Shown here in pieces: positions 8,029 through 18,911 of a stretch of DNA of 33,014 nt (within the stretch, counting starts at the first letter, position 1; each line of letters starts with the position of its first letter). A program made the translations under genes and the position numbers. Below the pieces are notes generated by a model. It was not told the origin of the DNA, did not search any database, and worked only from the letters and a program-made list of their open reading frames with translations. This stretch comes from Phycisphaerales bacterium (GTDB lineage: Bacteria; Planctomycetota; Phycisphaerae; WQYP01): positions 1 to 33,014 of the forward strand of contig DAIDJN010000049.1 in assembly GCA_027451365.1 (NCBI GenBank). The letters are read 5' to 3'.

Positions 8029-9831
8029 ATGATGGTCGCACTGCTATATATTAATGTTCTGTTCCTGGTTCTGGCCCTGGCCCTGATGCTGTTCTGGGCG
8101 CGCATGGCGGTCTGGATCCATGTGGATATGGCGAATCTTACCGATCAACCGGTGCTGGTCTGGAAATCCGTTTTGCTCGGCTCGCTTTTCGTCATGACGC
8201 TGGTCTGGGTATTGGTGCCGCTGTTTTATGTGGCATTTCCGCTTAATCTTCTGATTGCTGGCGGAATCTTCGGCTGGTACTGGAAGGTCCGCACAGGCCA
8301 ACTGGGGTCCGCTGGAAGCGGTCTGGTTGGCGCGCTGACCGGCAAATTCGGTCAAATTGCGGAAGGCCGCCAGGCGCAAAAATCCGCACAACAGCTTATC
8401 TTGACCTACCTGAAAGCCAGCGGCAATCCCATACCGCTGCCGCGAACAGATGACCCATCCTGGGCCAGCATGCTGGCGGCCGACCAACTTCTGATTCAGG
8501 CCACCGAAAGCCGCTCGCAAAAAATTGAACTGATTCCATCGCAGCAGGCCTACGACGTTCAATTCACTGTTGATGGCGTAGCCTATCCACAATCGGGCGT
8601 CCAGCGGAACACCGCGGAAATGGTGATTCAGGCGGTGAAAACACTGGCCGGCCTTTCGTTGGAAGAACGGCGGCGTCCGCAACGCGGTGTGTTCATGGCA
8701 CGAGATCCCGAACGAAATACAATTTCATGGACGGCCCACACCAGCGGCACCACAGCCGGTGAAAAACTGGTTATTCAGGCGAACGAAAAAGATTCCTGGC
8801 GTCTGCCGATGGATCACCTGGGCTTCTCCAGTGACCAGCTCACAGCGCTTAAAGCAATTATGAAACAACCGGACGGTCTGGTGATTGTCGCCGCACCGCC
8901 TCACATGGGGCGCACCACCACACTCTATTCATTCATTGCCGGACTGGACGCTTTTACCACCAGCATTCAGACCATGGAAATTAATCCACGTGTGGAATTT
9001 GAATCCATCACCATCACCCGCTTTGATCCACAGGCCACCGACGCGATTCATTCTAAAGTCCTGCAAAGCCTTATGCTCAAGGATCCCCATGTACTTATGG
9101 TGGCCCAATGCCCGGATGCGGCTACGGCGGAGCTTGTGGCCAAATATGGCGCGACGGAACATCAGGTTTACATGGGACTTAAGGCCGCTGACTCCCGCGC
9201 GGTTCTTGAACTGTGGCGGAAGCTGGTCACAGACCGCAATGCAGCGGCAGCGTCGCTGCGGGCGATCGTGTCCCAGCGCCTGGTCCGCCTGCTTTGCCCA
9301 ACCTGCAAAGTGTCCTACCAGCCGGACAGCGCGACGATCAGCAAACTGAATTTACCGGTTGGCCGCGAACTTCAATCGTTCAAGGCCAACACACAGGCGG
9401 TGCGCGACCAGCGCGGAAATCTGATCAAATGTCCGGATTGCGGTGGATTGGGATATCGCGGTCAAACCGGAATTTTTGAAGTTCTGGTCGTCAATGATGA
9501 TATTCGCACAGCCATCCGCGAAGGAAAGACCGCCGAGGAAATTACCACGCTGGCCCGCAAGGCCGGAATGGTCATGCTTGTCGAGCATGGCATCCGGAAG
9601 TTCGCCATGGGCATTACCTCAATTCAGGAGGTCATTCGCGTTTGCACTGCGGAAAAAACCGCCACCAGATCGCGAACGCCCGGATCATCGAGCGGTTCAC
9701 GCCCCGGCGGTTCAACCGCAGGCGGATCGCGGTCTGGCGGCTCAACGGCGGGTGGATCAAAGTCCGGTTCAACGGCACCGGGCACGGGCAAAAGCGACGG
9801 CGACGGTACTGGACCGATTCCAATGGCATAA
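8029..9831 (+). CDS. Membrane-anchored PilB/GspE-family ATPase homologue with degenerate catalytic motifs
   Basis: About 3 N-terminal hydrophobic helices, then ERRRPQRG, LGF, SQRLVRLLCPTCK, CPDCGGLGYRGQTGIFEVL and GITSIQEVIRV. The Walker and His motifs are altered. Confidence 0.85.
   Translation: MMVALLYINVLFLVLALALMLFWARMAVWIHVDMANLTDQPVLVWKSVLLGSLFVMTLVWVLVPLFYVAFPLNLLIAGGIFGWYWKVRTGQLGSAGSGLVGALTGKFGQIAEGRQAQKSAQQLILTYLKASGNPIPLPRTDDPSWASMLAADQLLIQATESRSQKIELIPSQQAYDVQFTVDGVAYPQSGVQRNTAEMVIQAVKTLAGLSLEERRRPQRGVFMARDPERNTISWTAHTSGTTAGEKLVIQANEKDSWRLPMDHLGFSSDQLTALKAIMKQPDGLVIVAAPPHMGRTTTLYSFIAGLDAFTTSIQTMEINPRVEFESITITRFDPQATDAIHSKVLQSLMLKDPHVLMVAQCPDAATAELVAKYGATEHQVYMGLKAADSRAVLELWRKLVTDRNAAAASLRAIVSQRLVRLLCPTCKVSYQPDSATISKLNLPVGRELQSFKANTQAVRDQRGNLIKCPDCGGLGYRGQTGIFEVLVVNDDIRTAIREGKTAEEITTLARKAGMVMLVEHGIRKFAMGITSIQEVIRVCTAEKTATRSRTPGSSSGSRPGGSTAGGSRSGGSTAGGSKSGSTAPGTGKSDGDGTGPIPMA
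9682..9777 (+). repeat. Gly/Ser-rich 5-aa (15-nt) imperfect tandem repeat in the C-terminal tail of the GspE-like protein
   Basis: GGSTA-GGSRS-GGSTA-GGSKS-GSTA, with units starting at 9706, 9721, 9736, 9751 and 9766. Confidence 0.85.
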
Positions 9832-9910
9832 GTCCAGGGTGGAAAACCCGAACCACCGCCGAAAACTCCGCGGGCCGCCAACAGCCCGTTAAGCGAAGAC
9901 AAAGGTTGTT

Positions 9911-11563
9911 ATGATTCTGCAATGTATTGTACTATTGTTTATCCTTCTGGTGGCGATGTTTCTGGCCACTGAAGGGCCGCTTACCTCCATTCTGGTATTA
10001 GCCAGCGCTATATTCGCGTCGGGCCTGGCAATGGGCGTATATGAGCCGGCCTCGCATTATCTGATGGGCTGGCAGCCCGGTTTTGCCCGCGGCGCAAGTT
10101 TTTTGCTGATTTTTTTTGTCGGTTTTTCCATTATCCGTTCGCTTTTTGATTTCCTTGTTCGCGGGGAAATTGACCTACCCCTTTGGCCAGCACGAATTAC
10201 CGCCGGTGTGGTCGGATTTTTCGTGGGCATGATTATCATTGGCAGCGTTGTCATTGGCGTAGAAATGCTGCCGTTGCCGACCACCATTCTAGGATTCAAC
10301 CGGTACCCAGATGGAATTTTCCAGAAGGCCGGCAACAGCAGCGGTCTATGGCTGGCACCGGATTCTTTCACTATCGCCATCTGGGATTCCCTTAGCGGCG
10401 GCGCATTTGGCGGGTCAACAAGTTTTGCTGAAGTACACCCGGACCTCTCCCGGGAGCTTTATGGGCTTCGGCACACCGTTCAATTCAGCGGCCACCATGC
10501 TTTGGCCCCGCAGCTCCTGTCGGTTCTGGGTGAAGGCGAACCCACCCACGTGTTGCGGCTGCTGGGAATTCCTGAACCTGGTGCGGATCACAAAATTATT
10601 CTTATTCGCAGCCAGGTAAGACACGGCACCAAACCACCGGACATCAGTTCCGACGCCGGCTTCCTTCGGCTGACTCCCACGGAAGTGCGACTGGTCACTG
10701 CGGAGGGTTCACAATATTATCCGATCGGTTACCTGAAGGATGGTGCACAATTTCGCCCACTAACCCTGAACACCCCCATCGTGGATGATTTCCGCCGGGT
10801 CAAGGGACATCAAGTGGTCATTCAAAACTGGATATTTGAAATAAATCGGGATCAAAAACCAAAATATTTTGAAATAAAGGGGACTGCCAGGGTGGATATG
10901 ACGGCGCTCACCCTTCCAAAAGCGCTGGCCGCTCTGCCGGTGGACGATTATCCGCAACATCCTTATGCCAATTCCACACTGGCCGTGTCGCTGTCGCCAG
11001 GGGAAAGTAAACATCTGGTTCACGCCTGGATCGTGCGGGCAACGACACCCAAACACCACATTGGTGACGCCTTACAGAACGCGTATCATCGCTTGGGGAT
11101 TATCTCACGGGCAATTAGGGCCAATAATGCGGGTTGGACCGAAGCGGAGGCCAAAGTTAAAGGGGCCCCGACGCCCGGCGCGGCAGTCAGTTACCGGAAT
11201 ATGGCTAACATGCGAATGCCTGATCCTGATTCTGAACCGGAAAACTATGATCTCATGATTCCGATTTTTCTGAATTCGCAGGTTGGAAAAACCACGTCCG
11301 ACTCGCTTTCCCGTATCAAGACATATTTGAACGAAACGCTGCTTCCTTTGATTAAACAGGACCGTGTGGCGAATTTGTCACTCAACGGATCAGCGGCACA
11401 GACGATCCATATCGCACCGGGGTCGTATGTGATTATTGCCTGGCGGGCCGGCGCTGCGAAAATGAAGGTTTGGCTGACCAGCGCGGAAGTGAAAGCGGGA
11501 ACCAGCACTTCCGCAGTGCTTGGCGCAACAGACCTGCAGGTGCATTATAACTTGTCGAAATAA
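9911..11563 (+). CDS. CvpA-like membrane domain (about 4 TM) fused to an approximately 420-aa extracytoplasmic region
   Basis: N-terminal EG.L...........A..LA...YEP.../FLLIF/G...G...G....G pattern of the CvpA family, followed by a long soluble region. Confidence 0.7.
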   Translation: MILQCIVLLFILLVAMFLATEGPLTSILVLASAIFASGLAMGVYEPASHYLMGWQPGFARGASFLLIFFVGFSIIRSLFDFLVRGEIDLPLWPARITAGVVGFFVGMIIIGSVVIGVEMLPLPTTILGFNRYPDGIFQKAGNSSGLWLAPDSFTIAIWDSLSGGAFGGSTSFAEVHPDLSRELYGLRHTVQFSGHHALAPQLLSVLGEGEPTHVLRLLGIPEPGADHKIILIRSQVRHGTKPPDISSDAGFLRLTPTEVRLVTAEGSQYYPIGYLKDGAQFRPLTLNTPIVDDFRRVKGHQVVIQNWIFEINRDQKPKYFEIKGTARVDMTALTLPKALAALPVDDYPQHPYANSTLAVSLSPGESKHLVHAWIVRATTPKHHIGDALQNAYHRLGIISRAIRANNAGWTEAEAKVKGAPTPGAAVSYRNMANMRMPDPDSEPENYDLMIPIFLNSQVGKTTSDSLSRIKTYLNETLLPLIKQDRVANLSLNGSAAQTIHIAPGSYVIIAWRAGAAKMKVWLTSAEVKAGTSTSAVLGATDLQVHYNLSK

Positions 11564-11684
11564 TGACAATTCGCCGCGCTGGCCTTTTGTCCTGTTTCGC
11601 CCTATATAATGAATAGCTGATTTTCGTCCGCTGGCCGCACCGAGTGGCCGGGCGATAAGGCACTTTTTTTTTGGAGGCTGCATC

Positions 11685-12320
11685 ATGGCTTTTACATTGC
11701 CTGATTTACCGTACGATTTCTCCGCGCTCGAACCGGTCATTGACACCCTTACCATGCAAATTCACCATGGGAAACATCATGGCGCGTATGTCACTAATTT
11801 GAACAATGCAATTGCCGGAAAGCCGGCCATGGAAGCCAAAACGGTCCAAGCGCTCATTTCTGATCTGGCCGCCGTTCCTGAAGATATTCGCACCGTGGTG
11901 CGAAATAATGGCGGCGGCCACGCCAATCATTCCATGTTCTGGCAACTGATGGCCCCAAAGGGCAAAGGAGGCGGTGGCGAACCGATGGGGGAATTGGCCG
12001 CCGCCATCAATTCCACGTTCGGTTCCTTCGCCAATTTCCAGGCGAAATTGAACGAAGCCGCCACCAAGCGCTTTGGTTCCGGTTGGGCGTGGCTGGTGGT
12101 AAAAGATGGCAAGCTGGCCATCGGTTCAACTGCCAATCAGGACAACCCGATTATGGGTGAAAGCGTTTGCGGCTTGGGCGGGAAGCCTGTCCTTGGTGTG
12201 GACGTGTGGGAACATGCGTATTATCTGAAATATCAGAATCGGCGTCCGGAATACTTGGGGGCGTGGTGGAATGTGGTCAACTGGACCAAGGTTGCCGAGT
12301 TGTACGCCGCAGCCAAATAA
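11685..12320 (+). CDS. sodA: Mn/Fe superoxide dismutase, Mn-type signatures
   Basis: [30 protein letters not shown] and [16 protein letters not shown]. Confidence 0.95.
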   Translation: MAFTLPDLPYDFSALEPVIDTLTMQIHHGKHHGAYVTNLNNAIAGKPAMEAKTVQALISDLAAVPEDIRTVVRNNGGGHANHSMFWQLMAPKGKGGGGEPMGELAAAINSTFGSFANFQAKLNEAATKRFGSGWAWLVVKDGKLAIGSTANQDNPIMGESVCGLGGKPVLGVDVWEHAYYLKYQNRRPEYLGAWWNVVNWTKVAELYAAAK

Positions 12321-12335
12321 CAACTGGCCACGACT

Positions 12336-12382
12336 AAAAAAAGCATAGCCGCCGACCGCACCACAGCGGCCTGCGGCTATGT
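12336..12382. terminator. Stem-loop directly after sodA, terminator-like
   Basis: CATAGCCGC (12344-12352) pairs with GCGGCTATG (12373-12381), with an inner CCGC/GCGG stem. An A7 run at 12336-12342 gives a U-tail only on the minus strand. Confidence 0.5.
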
Positions 12383-12575
12383 GCCTTGTGGGCAAACAGG
12401 GCGTGATCTTGAAGGTTAAAAAGGCGGCGAACTGCCCACAGGCATTTGTCGTTTTCCGCAGGCTGGTTGCGTTTTATGCGACAGTCGCAGTCCATTCAAG
12501 CATTGTCTATAATACCGGCGGCAGTGCAGAGCCGAAGTCGGCCCTGAATTATGAACCCGAATCAGGAAAAGAGCG

Positions 12576-13850
12576 ATGAACCCAATTGACCACCAAGACC
12601 CCGAGTTGTGGCAGGCTATATGCAATGAACAGCATCGCCAAGAATCGACACTGGAACTCATTGCGAGCGAAAATCATGTATCGCCGGCGGTCATGGCCGC
12701 GGCCGGCAGCCCCCTGACCAACAAATATGCCGAAGGTTACCCCGGCAAACGCTATTACGGCGGCTGCCAGCTTGTGGATGTGGTGGAAAACCTGGCGCGC
12801 GACCGGGCTTCTAAACTATTCGGATCGGATCATGTAAATGTCCAACCGCACTCCGGTTCTCAAGCCAATCAGGCAGTCTTTATGGCTTCCCTGAATCCGG
12901 GAGACACCATTCTGGGCCTACACCTGGACCACGGCGGGCATCTGACGCATGGAAAATCTGTCAATCAGTCCGGAAAATGGTTTAAAGCCGTTCATTACAC
13001 GCTGGACCCGAAAACCGAACGCATTGACATGGCGGAAGTCCGAAAGCTGGCCCATGAACACAAACCCAAATTAATAATCACCGGGGCAAGCGCCTATTCG
13101 CGAATCTGGGATTTTCCAGCATTCGCCGAAATAGCCCACGAGGTCGGCGCGGTTCAAATGGCGGATATCGCCCATATCGCCGGGCTGGTGGCAACCGGCC
13201 TGCATCCTTCGCCCGTTCCCTGCGCCGAATTTGTGACCACGACCACGCATAAAACCCTTCGCGGGCCGCGCGGCGGGATGGTGTTGTGCAAGGCAGAATG
13301 GGCCAAGAAAATAGACTCCGCCGTTTTTCCGGGGCTGCAAGGCGGCCCGCTTATGCATATTATTGCGGCCAAAGCCGCCGCTTTCGGCGAAGCACTGCAA
13401 CCCGATTTTAAAACCTACTGCCAGCAGATTATCGCCAACGCCCAGACCTTGGCCGAGGAGCTTGTTCGCCGCGGTTACCGGCTGGTCTCCGGAGGAACCG
13501 ATAACCACCTGATGCTGGTGGATCTGCGGGCCAAAGATTCCGCGCTTACCGGTGCCGCTGTGGAAAACTGGTTGCAAAGCGCTGGCATTATAGTCAACAA
13601 AAACATGGTACCGTTCGACACCCGCAAAGCCATGGAAACGTCCGGCATTCGCGTGGGCACGCCCGCCCTGACCACGCGCGGCTTGCGCGAAGCGCAGATG
13701 GTCAAGGTGGCTGAATGGTTCGACCGCGCCGCATCCAGCGCTGGGGAAGAGTCTGTTCTGGCCCGAATTCGCGGCGAGGTGCGGGAATTTACCCACCAGT
13801 ATCCATTGCCGCATCCGGAAGCCAGTCGGACTGAAGCGGCCCGGCGTTGA
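12576..13850 (+). CDS. glyA: Serine hydroxymethyltransferase
   Basis: [24 protein letters not shown]-lysine motif [14 protein letters not shown] and GGTDNHL. Confidence 0.98.
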   Translation: MNPIDHQDPELWQAICNEQHRQESTLELIASENHVSPAVMAAAGSPLTNKYAEGYPGKRYYGGCQLVDVVENLARDRASKLFGSDHVNVQPHSGSQANQAVFMASLNPGDTILGLHLDHGGHLTHGKSVNQSGKWFKAVHYTLDPKTERIDMAEVRKLAHEHKPKLIITGASAYSRIWDFPAFAEIAHEVGAVQMADIAHIAGLVATGLHPSPVPCAEFVTTTTHKTLRGPRGGMVLCKAEWAKKIDSAVFPGLQGGPLMHIIAAKAAAFGEALQPDFKTYCQQIIANAQTLAEELVRRGYRLVSGGTDNHLMLVDLRAKDSALTGAAVENWLQSAGIIVNKNMVPFDTRKAMETSGIRVGTPALTTRGLREAQMVKVAEWFDRAASSAGEESVLARIRGEVREFTHQYPLPHPEASRTEAARR

Positions 13851-14088
13851 TACGCTGCTAAGCGGCCCTCTGTCGGCGCATGGTTTACCGCGTTCAGGCG
13901 ATACAAAAGTGTTTGGAAGCTGTGCGGCCGCCGCGGTTTCCGGCCTGATGGTCAGTCAACTTTCCCCAGCGGGCAGATTCCTTGCGTCCGCGGTTGGCTG
14001 AATCGGTTCGGCCCTGCCGATCACCCCTTTTCGCCGGGCATAAGCCGGTTATACTCTTGCCGGTAGCAAACATTAAAGGATTCAACGG

Positions 14089-15201
14089 ATGGCAGTATTA
14101 CAACCGGTTCCCCCCGCTTATATTCAAGCTCGCTGGGCCGCGCTGGGGGCTGCCATGAAACTCAAACGGATTCCGGCATTGCTGGTGAGCTATTATCCGG
14201 ATGTCAGTTATCTGACGGGATTTGAAGGCGACGATTCCTGGGCAATCATCACATCCGACCAGGTATGGCTGATCAGCGATTTTCGTTATCAGGAACAGAT
14301 CGCCCAACAATGCCCTTGGGTAAAGCCGGTCATTCGCCGCAAGGGCCTGGCGGAAGAAATTTTCCGCATCCTGAAAAAGGAAGGCATTTCCAGCATCGGC
14401 GTTCAATCGGAAAATATTTCGATTCGCCAGATGGGTTGGCTTTCCGGGCTGGCGAAAAAGCCACGCGTTCGGCTTGTTCCGGTCGCTGACATGGTCATTG
14501 AACTTCGCAATATAAAAGATGATCATGAAACTGGCCTGATCGAACAGGCTATTGCAATTGCGGAACATGCATATGGCACGTTAAAGGCCCGTCTGCGTGT
14601 GGGCATGACAGAAAATGATATCGCCGGCCTGCTGACTTATGAGATGCGCAAACGCGGCGCATCGAATTCCGCTTTCGATCCGATTGTGGCCGCCGGCCCG
14701 AATGGAAGTCTTCCGCATTACCATCCGGGTCCAACCAAATTATCCGATCATTCCGCTCTGCTTGTGGACTGGGGCGCAATATTCAAGGGCTACCGGTCAG
14801 ACCTGACGCGAATGATTCTGGTGGGAAATGTCGATGTAAAAATAAAGGAAATATACCGCGTGGTGCTTGATGCGCAGCTCGCCGCCATTGACGCCATCAA
14901 ACCCGGTATAACTGGGGCCAAAGTGGACCAGATCGCCCGAAAAATAATTGCCCGCGCCGGTTATGGCAATCACTTCGGACATGGTCTTGGCCACGGCATC
15001 GGAAGGGATATTCATGAACAGATTTCTCTTTCCAAACGTGGGAAAACTGTCCTTAAACCCGGTATGATTATCACCGTGGAACCGGGCATTTACCTTCCCG
15101 GCATCGGCGGCGTCCGCATAGAGGACGACGTTCTGGTAACCGCAGGAGGCTGCCGAGTGCTTAGCAGTCTTCCGAAAGATATTGAATCGGCCCGGCTATA
15201 G
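14089..15201 (+). CDS. Xaa-Pro (M24B) peptidase
   Basis: YLTGF.G, PH, D.GA...GY.SDLTR, HGLGHGIG..IHE, TVEPGIY and GGVRIEDD. Confidence 0.93.
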   Translation: MAVLQPVPPAYIQARWAALGAAMKLKRIPALLVSYYPDVSYLTGFEGDDSWAIITSDQVWLISDFRYQEQIAQQCPWVKPVIRRKGLAEEIFRILKKEGISSIGVQSENISIRQMGWLSGLAKKPRVRLVPVADMVIELRNIKDDHETGLIEQAIAIAEHAYGTLKARLRVGMTENDIAGLLTYEMRKRGASNSAFDPIVAAGPNGSLPHYHPGPTKLSDHSALLVDWGAIFKGYRSDLTRMILVGNVDVKIKEIYRVVLDAQLAAIDAIKPGITGAKVDQIARKIIARAGYGNHFGHGLGHGIGRDIHEQISLSKRGKTVLKPGMIITVEPGIYLPGIGGVRIEDDVLVTAGGCRVLSSLPKDIESARL

Positions 15202-15245
15202 GCCGGGTGATGTTCTAAAGATGGAACCTAATTATGGAGCCAAAA

Positions 15246-15731
15246 ATGGCGAAGGAAACGTTCACAGATAACAAGCGCGTTCGCGATCTGATAAAACTGA
15301 TGGCCGACCACGGCCTGACAGAAATTGAACTTGTGGAAGACAAAGCTAAAATCCGCCTGAAGCGGGACCTGTGTCCCCCGGCCATGACAGTCCCTGTGAT
15401 GCCAGCTCCGGCCATCGCCCAGCCATTCGCGCATTCGGTCGCCACAGGTCAGGCTGCGGCCGCTGGTACAACAGCCGCAACTCCCGACAATCTGCTGCCG
15501 GTGAAATCTCCGATGGTCGGCACGTTTTATGGCGCGGCCAATCCGGACTCGGACCCATTTGTAAAAATCGGCACGCGCATTGGGAAAGAATCGGTGGTCT
15601 GCATTATTGAAGCCATGAAGGTTTTCAACGAAATTCATGCGGAAGTCAGCGGGACGATAGCCAAAGTTCTGGTTCAGAACGGACAGGCCGTGGAATTTAA
15701 TCAGCCCCTGTTCCTGGTCACGCCGGATTAA
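15246..15731 (+). CDS. accB: Acetyl-CoA carboxylase biotin carboxyl carrier protein
   Basis: KSPMVGTFY, biotinylation motif EAMKVFNEI and an Ala/Pro linker; GGAG RBS before ATG 15246. Confidence 0.95.
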   Translation: MAKETFTDNKRVRDLIKLMADHGLTEIELVEDKAKIRLKRDLCPPAMTVPVMPAPAIAQPFAHSVATGQAAAAGTTAATPDNLLPVKSPMVGTFYGAANPDSDPFVKIGTRIGKESVVCIIEAMKVFNEIHAEVSGTIAKVLVQNGQAVEFNQPLFLVTPD

Positions 15732-15780
15732 AGCCGACCGGCCCGCTCTATCAGCCACTGTGTATAGAAAAAGGACTGGC

Positions 15781-17124
15781 ATGTTTTCCAGAATATTAGT
15801 CGCCAACCGTGGTGAAATTGCCCTGCGCATCATTCGCGCCTGCCGGGAACTTGGTGTGGAGGTCGTGGCCGTTTATTCCGAGGCAGATCGCGGCGCCGCC
15901 TATTTAAAGCTCGCGGACGCGGCCATCTGCATTGGTCCGGGGCCCGCCGGGGAAAGCTATCTGAATATTCCACGCATTATTTCCGCGGCGGAAGTTGCGG
16001 ATGTACAGGCGATCCATCCCGGATTCGGCTTTCTTTCCGAAAACGCTCACTTTGCTGAAATATGCCGAAGCTGCAAAATTGAATTTATTGGCCCGTCCGT
16101 GGAATCCATGAAGCAGTTAGGCTCAAAGCTGGCATCCAAAACCCTGGCAAAGGAATGCAAAGTTCCGCTGACCCCCGGCAGCGACGGGCCGGTTACCTCC
16201 GAAAGGGAAGCGATGGAGGTGGCTCGCAAAATTGGCTATCCGGTTATTATTAAGGCCTCCGCCGGCGGTGGTGGCCGCGGCATGCGCGTGGCCCATAATG
16301 ATATTTCGCTCAAGGGTTCGCTGAAGGCGGCCCAGGCAGAGGCAGAGGCCGCATTCAAGGATTCGACTGTATTTATTGAAAAATATCATGTTGAACCGCG
16401 CCATGTGGAAGTACAAATTCTGGGGGACAAACAAGGAAAAGTAGTGCATCTGTTTGAACGCGACTGCTCCGTCCAGCGTCGTCATCAGAAGCTGATTGAA
16501 GAATCTCCGTGTCCGGTCATTGATGAAGCGACTCGCCAGGAACTCTGTCAGGCCGCGGTCCGGCTGGCCAAAGCCGCGGGCTACTATTCCGCGGCCACTG
16601 TGGAATTTGTGATGGACAAGGAAAAGAAATTTTATTTTCTGGAGGTCAACACTCGCATTCAGGTTGAACACCCGGTTACCGAACTTGTCACCGGCCTGGA
16701 TCTGATTCAATGGCAATTGAAAATCGCCTCCGGGGAGCCGCTGTCGTTTAATCAGAAGGACATTGTGCATCGCGGCTGCGCCATGGAATGCCGCATCAAT
16801 GCCGAAGACCCGGACCGAAACTTCGCGCCGTCTCCTGGTCTGCTGGAGGAATTCTGTCCCCCTGGCGGTCCGGGCGTCCGGTTTGATTCCCACGCGTATC
16901 AGGGGTATCGGATCGGGCCGAATTATGACAGCATGATCGGCAAGCTGATTGTGCACCGGCCGACGCGCGAAGAAACCATCGCAACCATGCGCCGCGCATT
17001 GGACGAATTCCGTGCAGGACCAGTTAAAACCACCATTCCGCTGCATCGGCAGATTATGCGCGATCCCGACTTCCAGAACAGCCGGGTGGATACGGGATGG
17101 ATTGAACGCACGCGGGCTAAATAA
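15781..17124 (+). CDS. accC: Biotin carboxylase
   Basis: [37 protein letters not shown] and [10 protein letters not shown]. Confidence 0.97.
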   Translation: MFSRILVANRGEIALRIIRACRELGVEVVAVYSEADRGAAYLKLADAAICIGPGPAGESYLNIPRIISAAEVADVQAIHPGFGFLSENAHFAEICRSCKIEFIGPSVESMKQLGSKLASKTLAKECKVPLTPGSDGPVTSEREAMEVARKIGYPVIIKASAGGGGRGMRVAHNDISLKGSLKAAQAEAEAAFKDSTVFIEKYHVEPRHVEVQILGDKQGKVVHLFERDCSVQRRHQKLIEESPCPVIDEATRQELCQAAVRLAKAAGYYSAATVEFVMDKEKKFYFLEVNTRIQVEHPVTELVTGLDLIQWQLKIASGEPLSFNQKDIVHRGCAMECRINAEDPDRNFAPSPGLLEEFCPPGGPGVRFDSHAYQGYRIGPNYDSMIGKLIVHRPTREETIATMRRALDEFRAGPVKTTIPLHRQIMRDPDFQNSRVDTGWIERTRAK

Positions 17125-17157
17125 TTTCACCGCGCCGGGCGTTTCCGGAGTCATTTG

Positions 17158-18024
17158 ATGAAACGTAAAGTTGCCGCCACTGACCTGTTAACGGCTGTCA
17201 TGCGCGGATGGCGGTGCCGCGACTGGGCTTTTTTTTTAGTGGATCACCAGCGAATTGGGATGATTTTTGCGTTGCTGGTGGCAACGGGCATCACCACAGG
17301 TGCGATACCTGGCCGGCTGATGGGCGCGGCAAGCCGGCAGGCCGGGACCGGCCAACGCGTGACCCTGCGGGGAGTAATTAAATCTAAAACACCCATTACA
17401 GAAATTGAAGCCGTGGAGCGCAATCGGGCCGATGTACTGGCATTAAGCAAAAACCAGCCCACCGCCTGGGTATTTCCTGGAAAATGGCATAAAAGCGGTA
17501 AGTTCGCGATTCCCGATGTTCCGGCCGGCCATACGTATGACATTATCTGTTTTAATTCAGACGGGCGATGGGAAGGCGTCAATATGCGTTATTTCAAACC
17601 GGTGAATGCCGGGCCGCCCATGACGCGCGGCGATGTGGCCCAGCTTGTGGATTTTATCGAAAAAATTGAGCGCTTCACCAATTACAACCGTCCCATCTGG
17701 ATCAACGGCGACCATAACCACGCCACCATGGTGGTCGAACAGCTCGATACAAAGTCTTATGTGACCGGCCACAAGGGGTCAATTATTTTCCGCGTGGCCG
17801 TCTGGTATTTCCAACGGTATTACAGCGGCTGGACCAAAATGAACAATATGGGAAAGGTAATGACGCGCTGGCGCGGCCCCGCGGAGAATATTCAGAATCC
17901 GTGGCAATACCTGCCCGCACTGGGCGGCATTCGCGTACACGAGAGCGGGAAATACAAAGCCATCTCCACTGCGCTGCCACCGCCGAGTCCGCATCATGGT
18001 CTGGATGGTGCGATTCCGCACTAA
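17158..18024 (+). CDS. Hypothetical exported or membrane-anchored protein
   Basis: 288-aa ORF with GGAG RBS, an N-terminal hydrophobic segment and an Ig/carboxypeptidase-regulatory-like G.F.I.DVP.G.TYD motif. Confidence 0.65.
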   Translation: MKRKVAATDLLTAVMRGWRCRDWAFFLVDHQRIGMIFALLVATGITTGAIPGRLMGAASRQAGTGQRVTLRGVIKSKTPITEIEAVERNRADVLALSKNQPTAWVFPGKWHKSGKFAIPDVPAGHTYDIICFNSDGRWEGVNMRYFKPVNAGPPMTRGDVAQLVDFIEKIERFTNYNRPIWINGDHNHATMVVEQLDTKSYVTGHKGSIIFRVAVWYFQRYYSGWTKMNNMGKVMTRWRGPAENIQNPWQYLPALGGIRVHESGKYKAISTALPPPSPHHGLDGAIPH

Positions 18025-18042
18025 TAGCGTCTTAACGTCAAG

Positions 18043-18711
18043 TCACTGTTTTTCATTCATGCGGCCGAGTGCCCGGTAATAGGCGTTGACCAGGCCTTTG
18101 TAGCGGGGCAGCGATTCATTGCGCATTGCGTTGATGATCAGATTACGCGCCCGTGGTGGCAAATTACCCCATTGCTTTTGCTGCGATTCAAAGGGCTTAC
18201 CAGTCTGCACCGGCGATGCTCCGCCACCTGGCAGGTAGGATTGAGTCGCTGACTGGCTTGGAGACATTGTGGGCCCATGTCCGGGGCTTTGCCCCTGGCT
18301 TGCCTGCATCCCCATGCTTCCCTGCTGTTTCTGGTGATGCTGTTTTCCCTTTCCACTCCCCTGTGACATTTTTTCCGCCAGTTTAATCAGTTCATCCAGG
18401 GATAGCACAACCCGCTTCTGGGCCGCCTGCGTCGGTTCTCCGGCGTTCCGGGCCAGCAGGCCGCTTTCACTGGCCGCCATATTTTTCAATACGCTTTTCA
18501 GGCATTTTGCAGCTTCCTGACGAGGATCGACTGGTACAACCGCATGATGGGCCACCAGTGGCCAGGCCAGCATTTGTTGTTCCCATGCCGGAGTCTGCGC
18601 ATGCAGCGTTCCCCCCATGGCGAAGGACACCAGCCATCCGCCGCCGCACAGCATAGCGAAGCGCGCAGACTGCGGGAACAAACGACACTGGATGAATTGT
18701 GCGTGTTTCAC
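18043..18711 (-). CDS. Hypothetical secreted protein with a Planctomycete-type C-terminal WG.LP..R...Y..LV..YY..L motif
   Basis: AGGAGG RBS 7 nt before GTG 18711, signal-peptide-like N-terminus, and Gln/Gly/Ser-rich linker. Confidence 0.7.
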   Translation of the reverse strand: MKHAQFIQCRLFPQSARFAMLCGGGWLVSFAMGGTLHAQTPAWEQQMLAWPLVAHHAVVPVDPRQEAAKCLKSVLKNMAASESGLLARNAGEPTQAAQKRVVLSLDELIKLAEKMSQGSGKGKQHHQKQQGSMGMQASQGQSPGHGPTMSPSQSATQSYLPGGGASPVQTGKPFESQQKQWGNLPPRARNLIINAMRNESLPRYKGLVNAYYRALGRMNEKQ

Positions 18712-18911
18712 AGGTGAACCTCCTGTACAGGTCAAACGGATTATACCTCTTATGCCTATAAATAAAAATAACAGGCCAATAATTCCAGGAAAGCCTCTGC
18801 GGCCATAGCGACCGCCAATTTTCGGCGGCGTTACGCCGGTGAGGTTCATCTCCTATCAGCGATCGGCAAACATCCTCTAAAAAAGGTGCCGCCGCGTTCT
18901 GATTAATCGAT

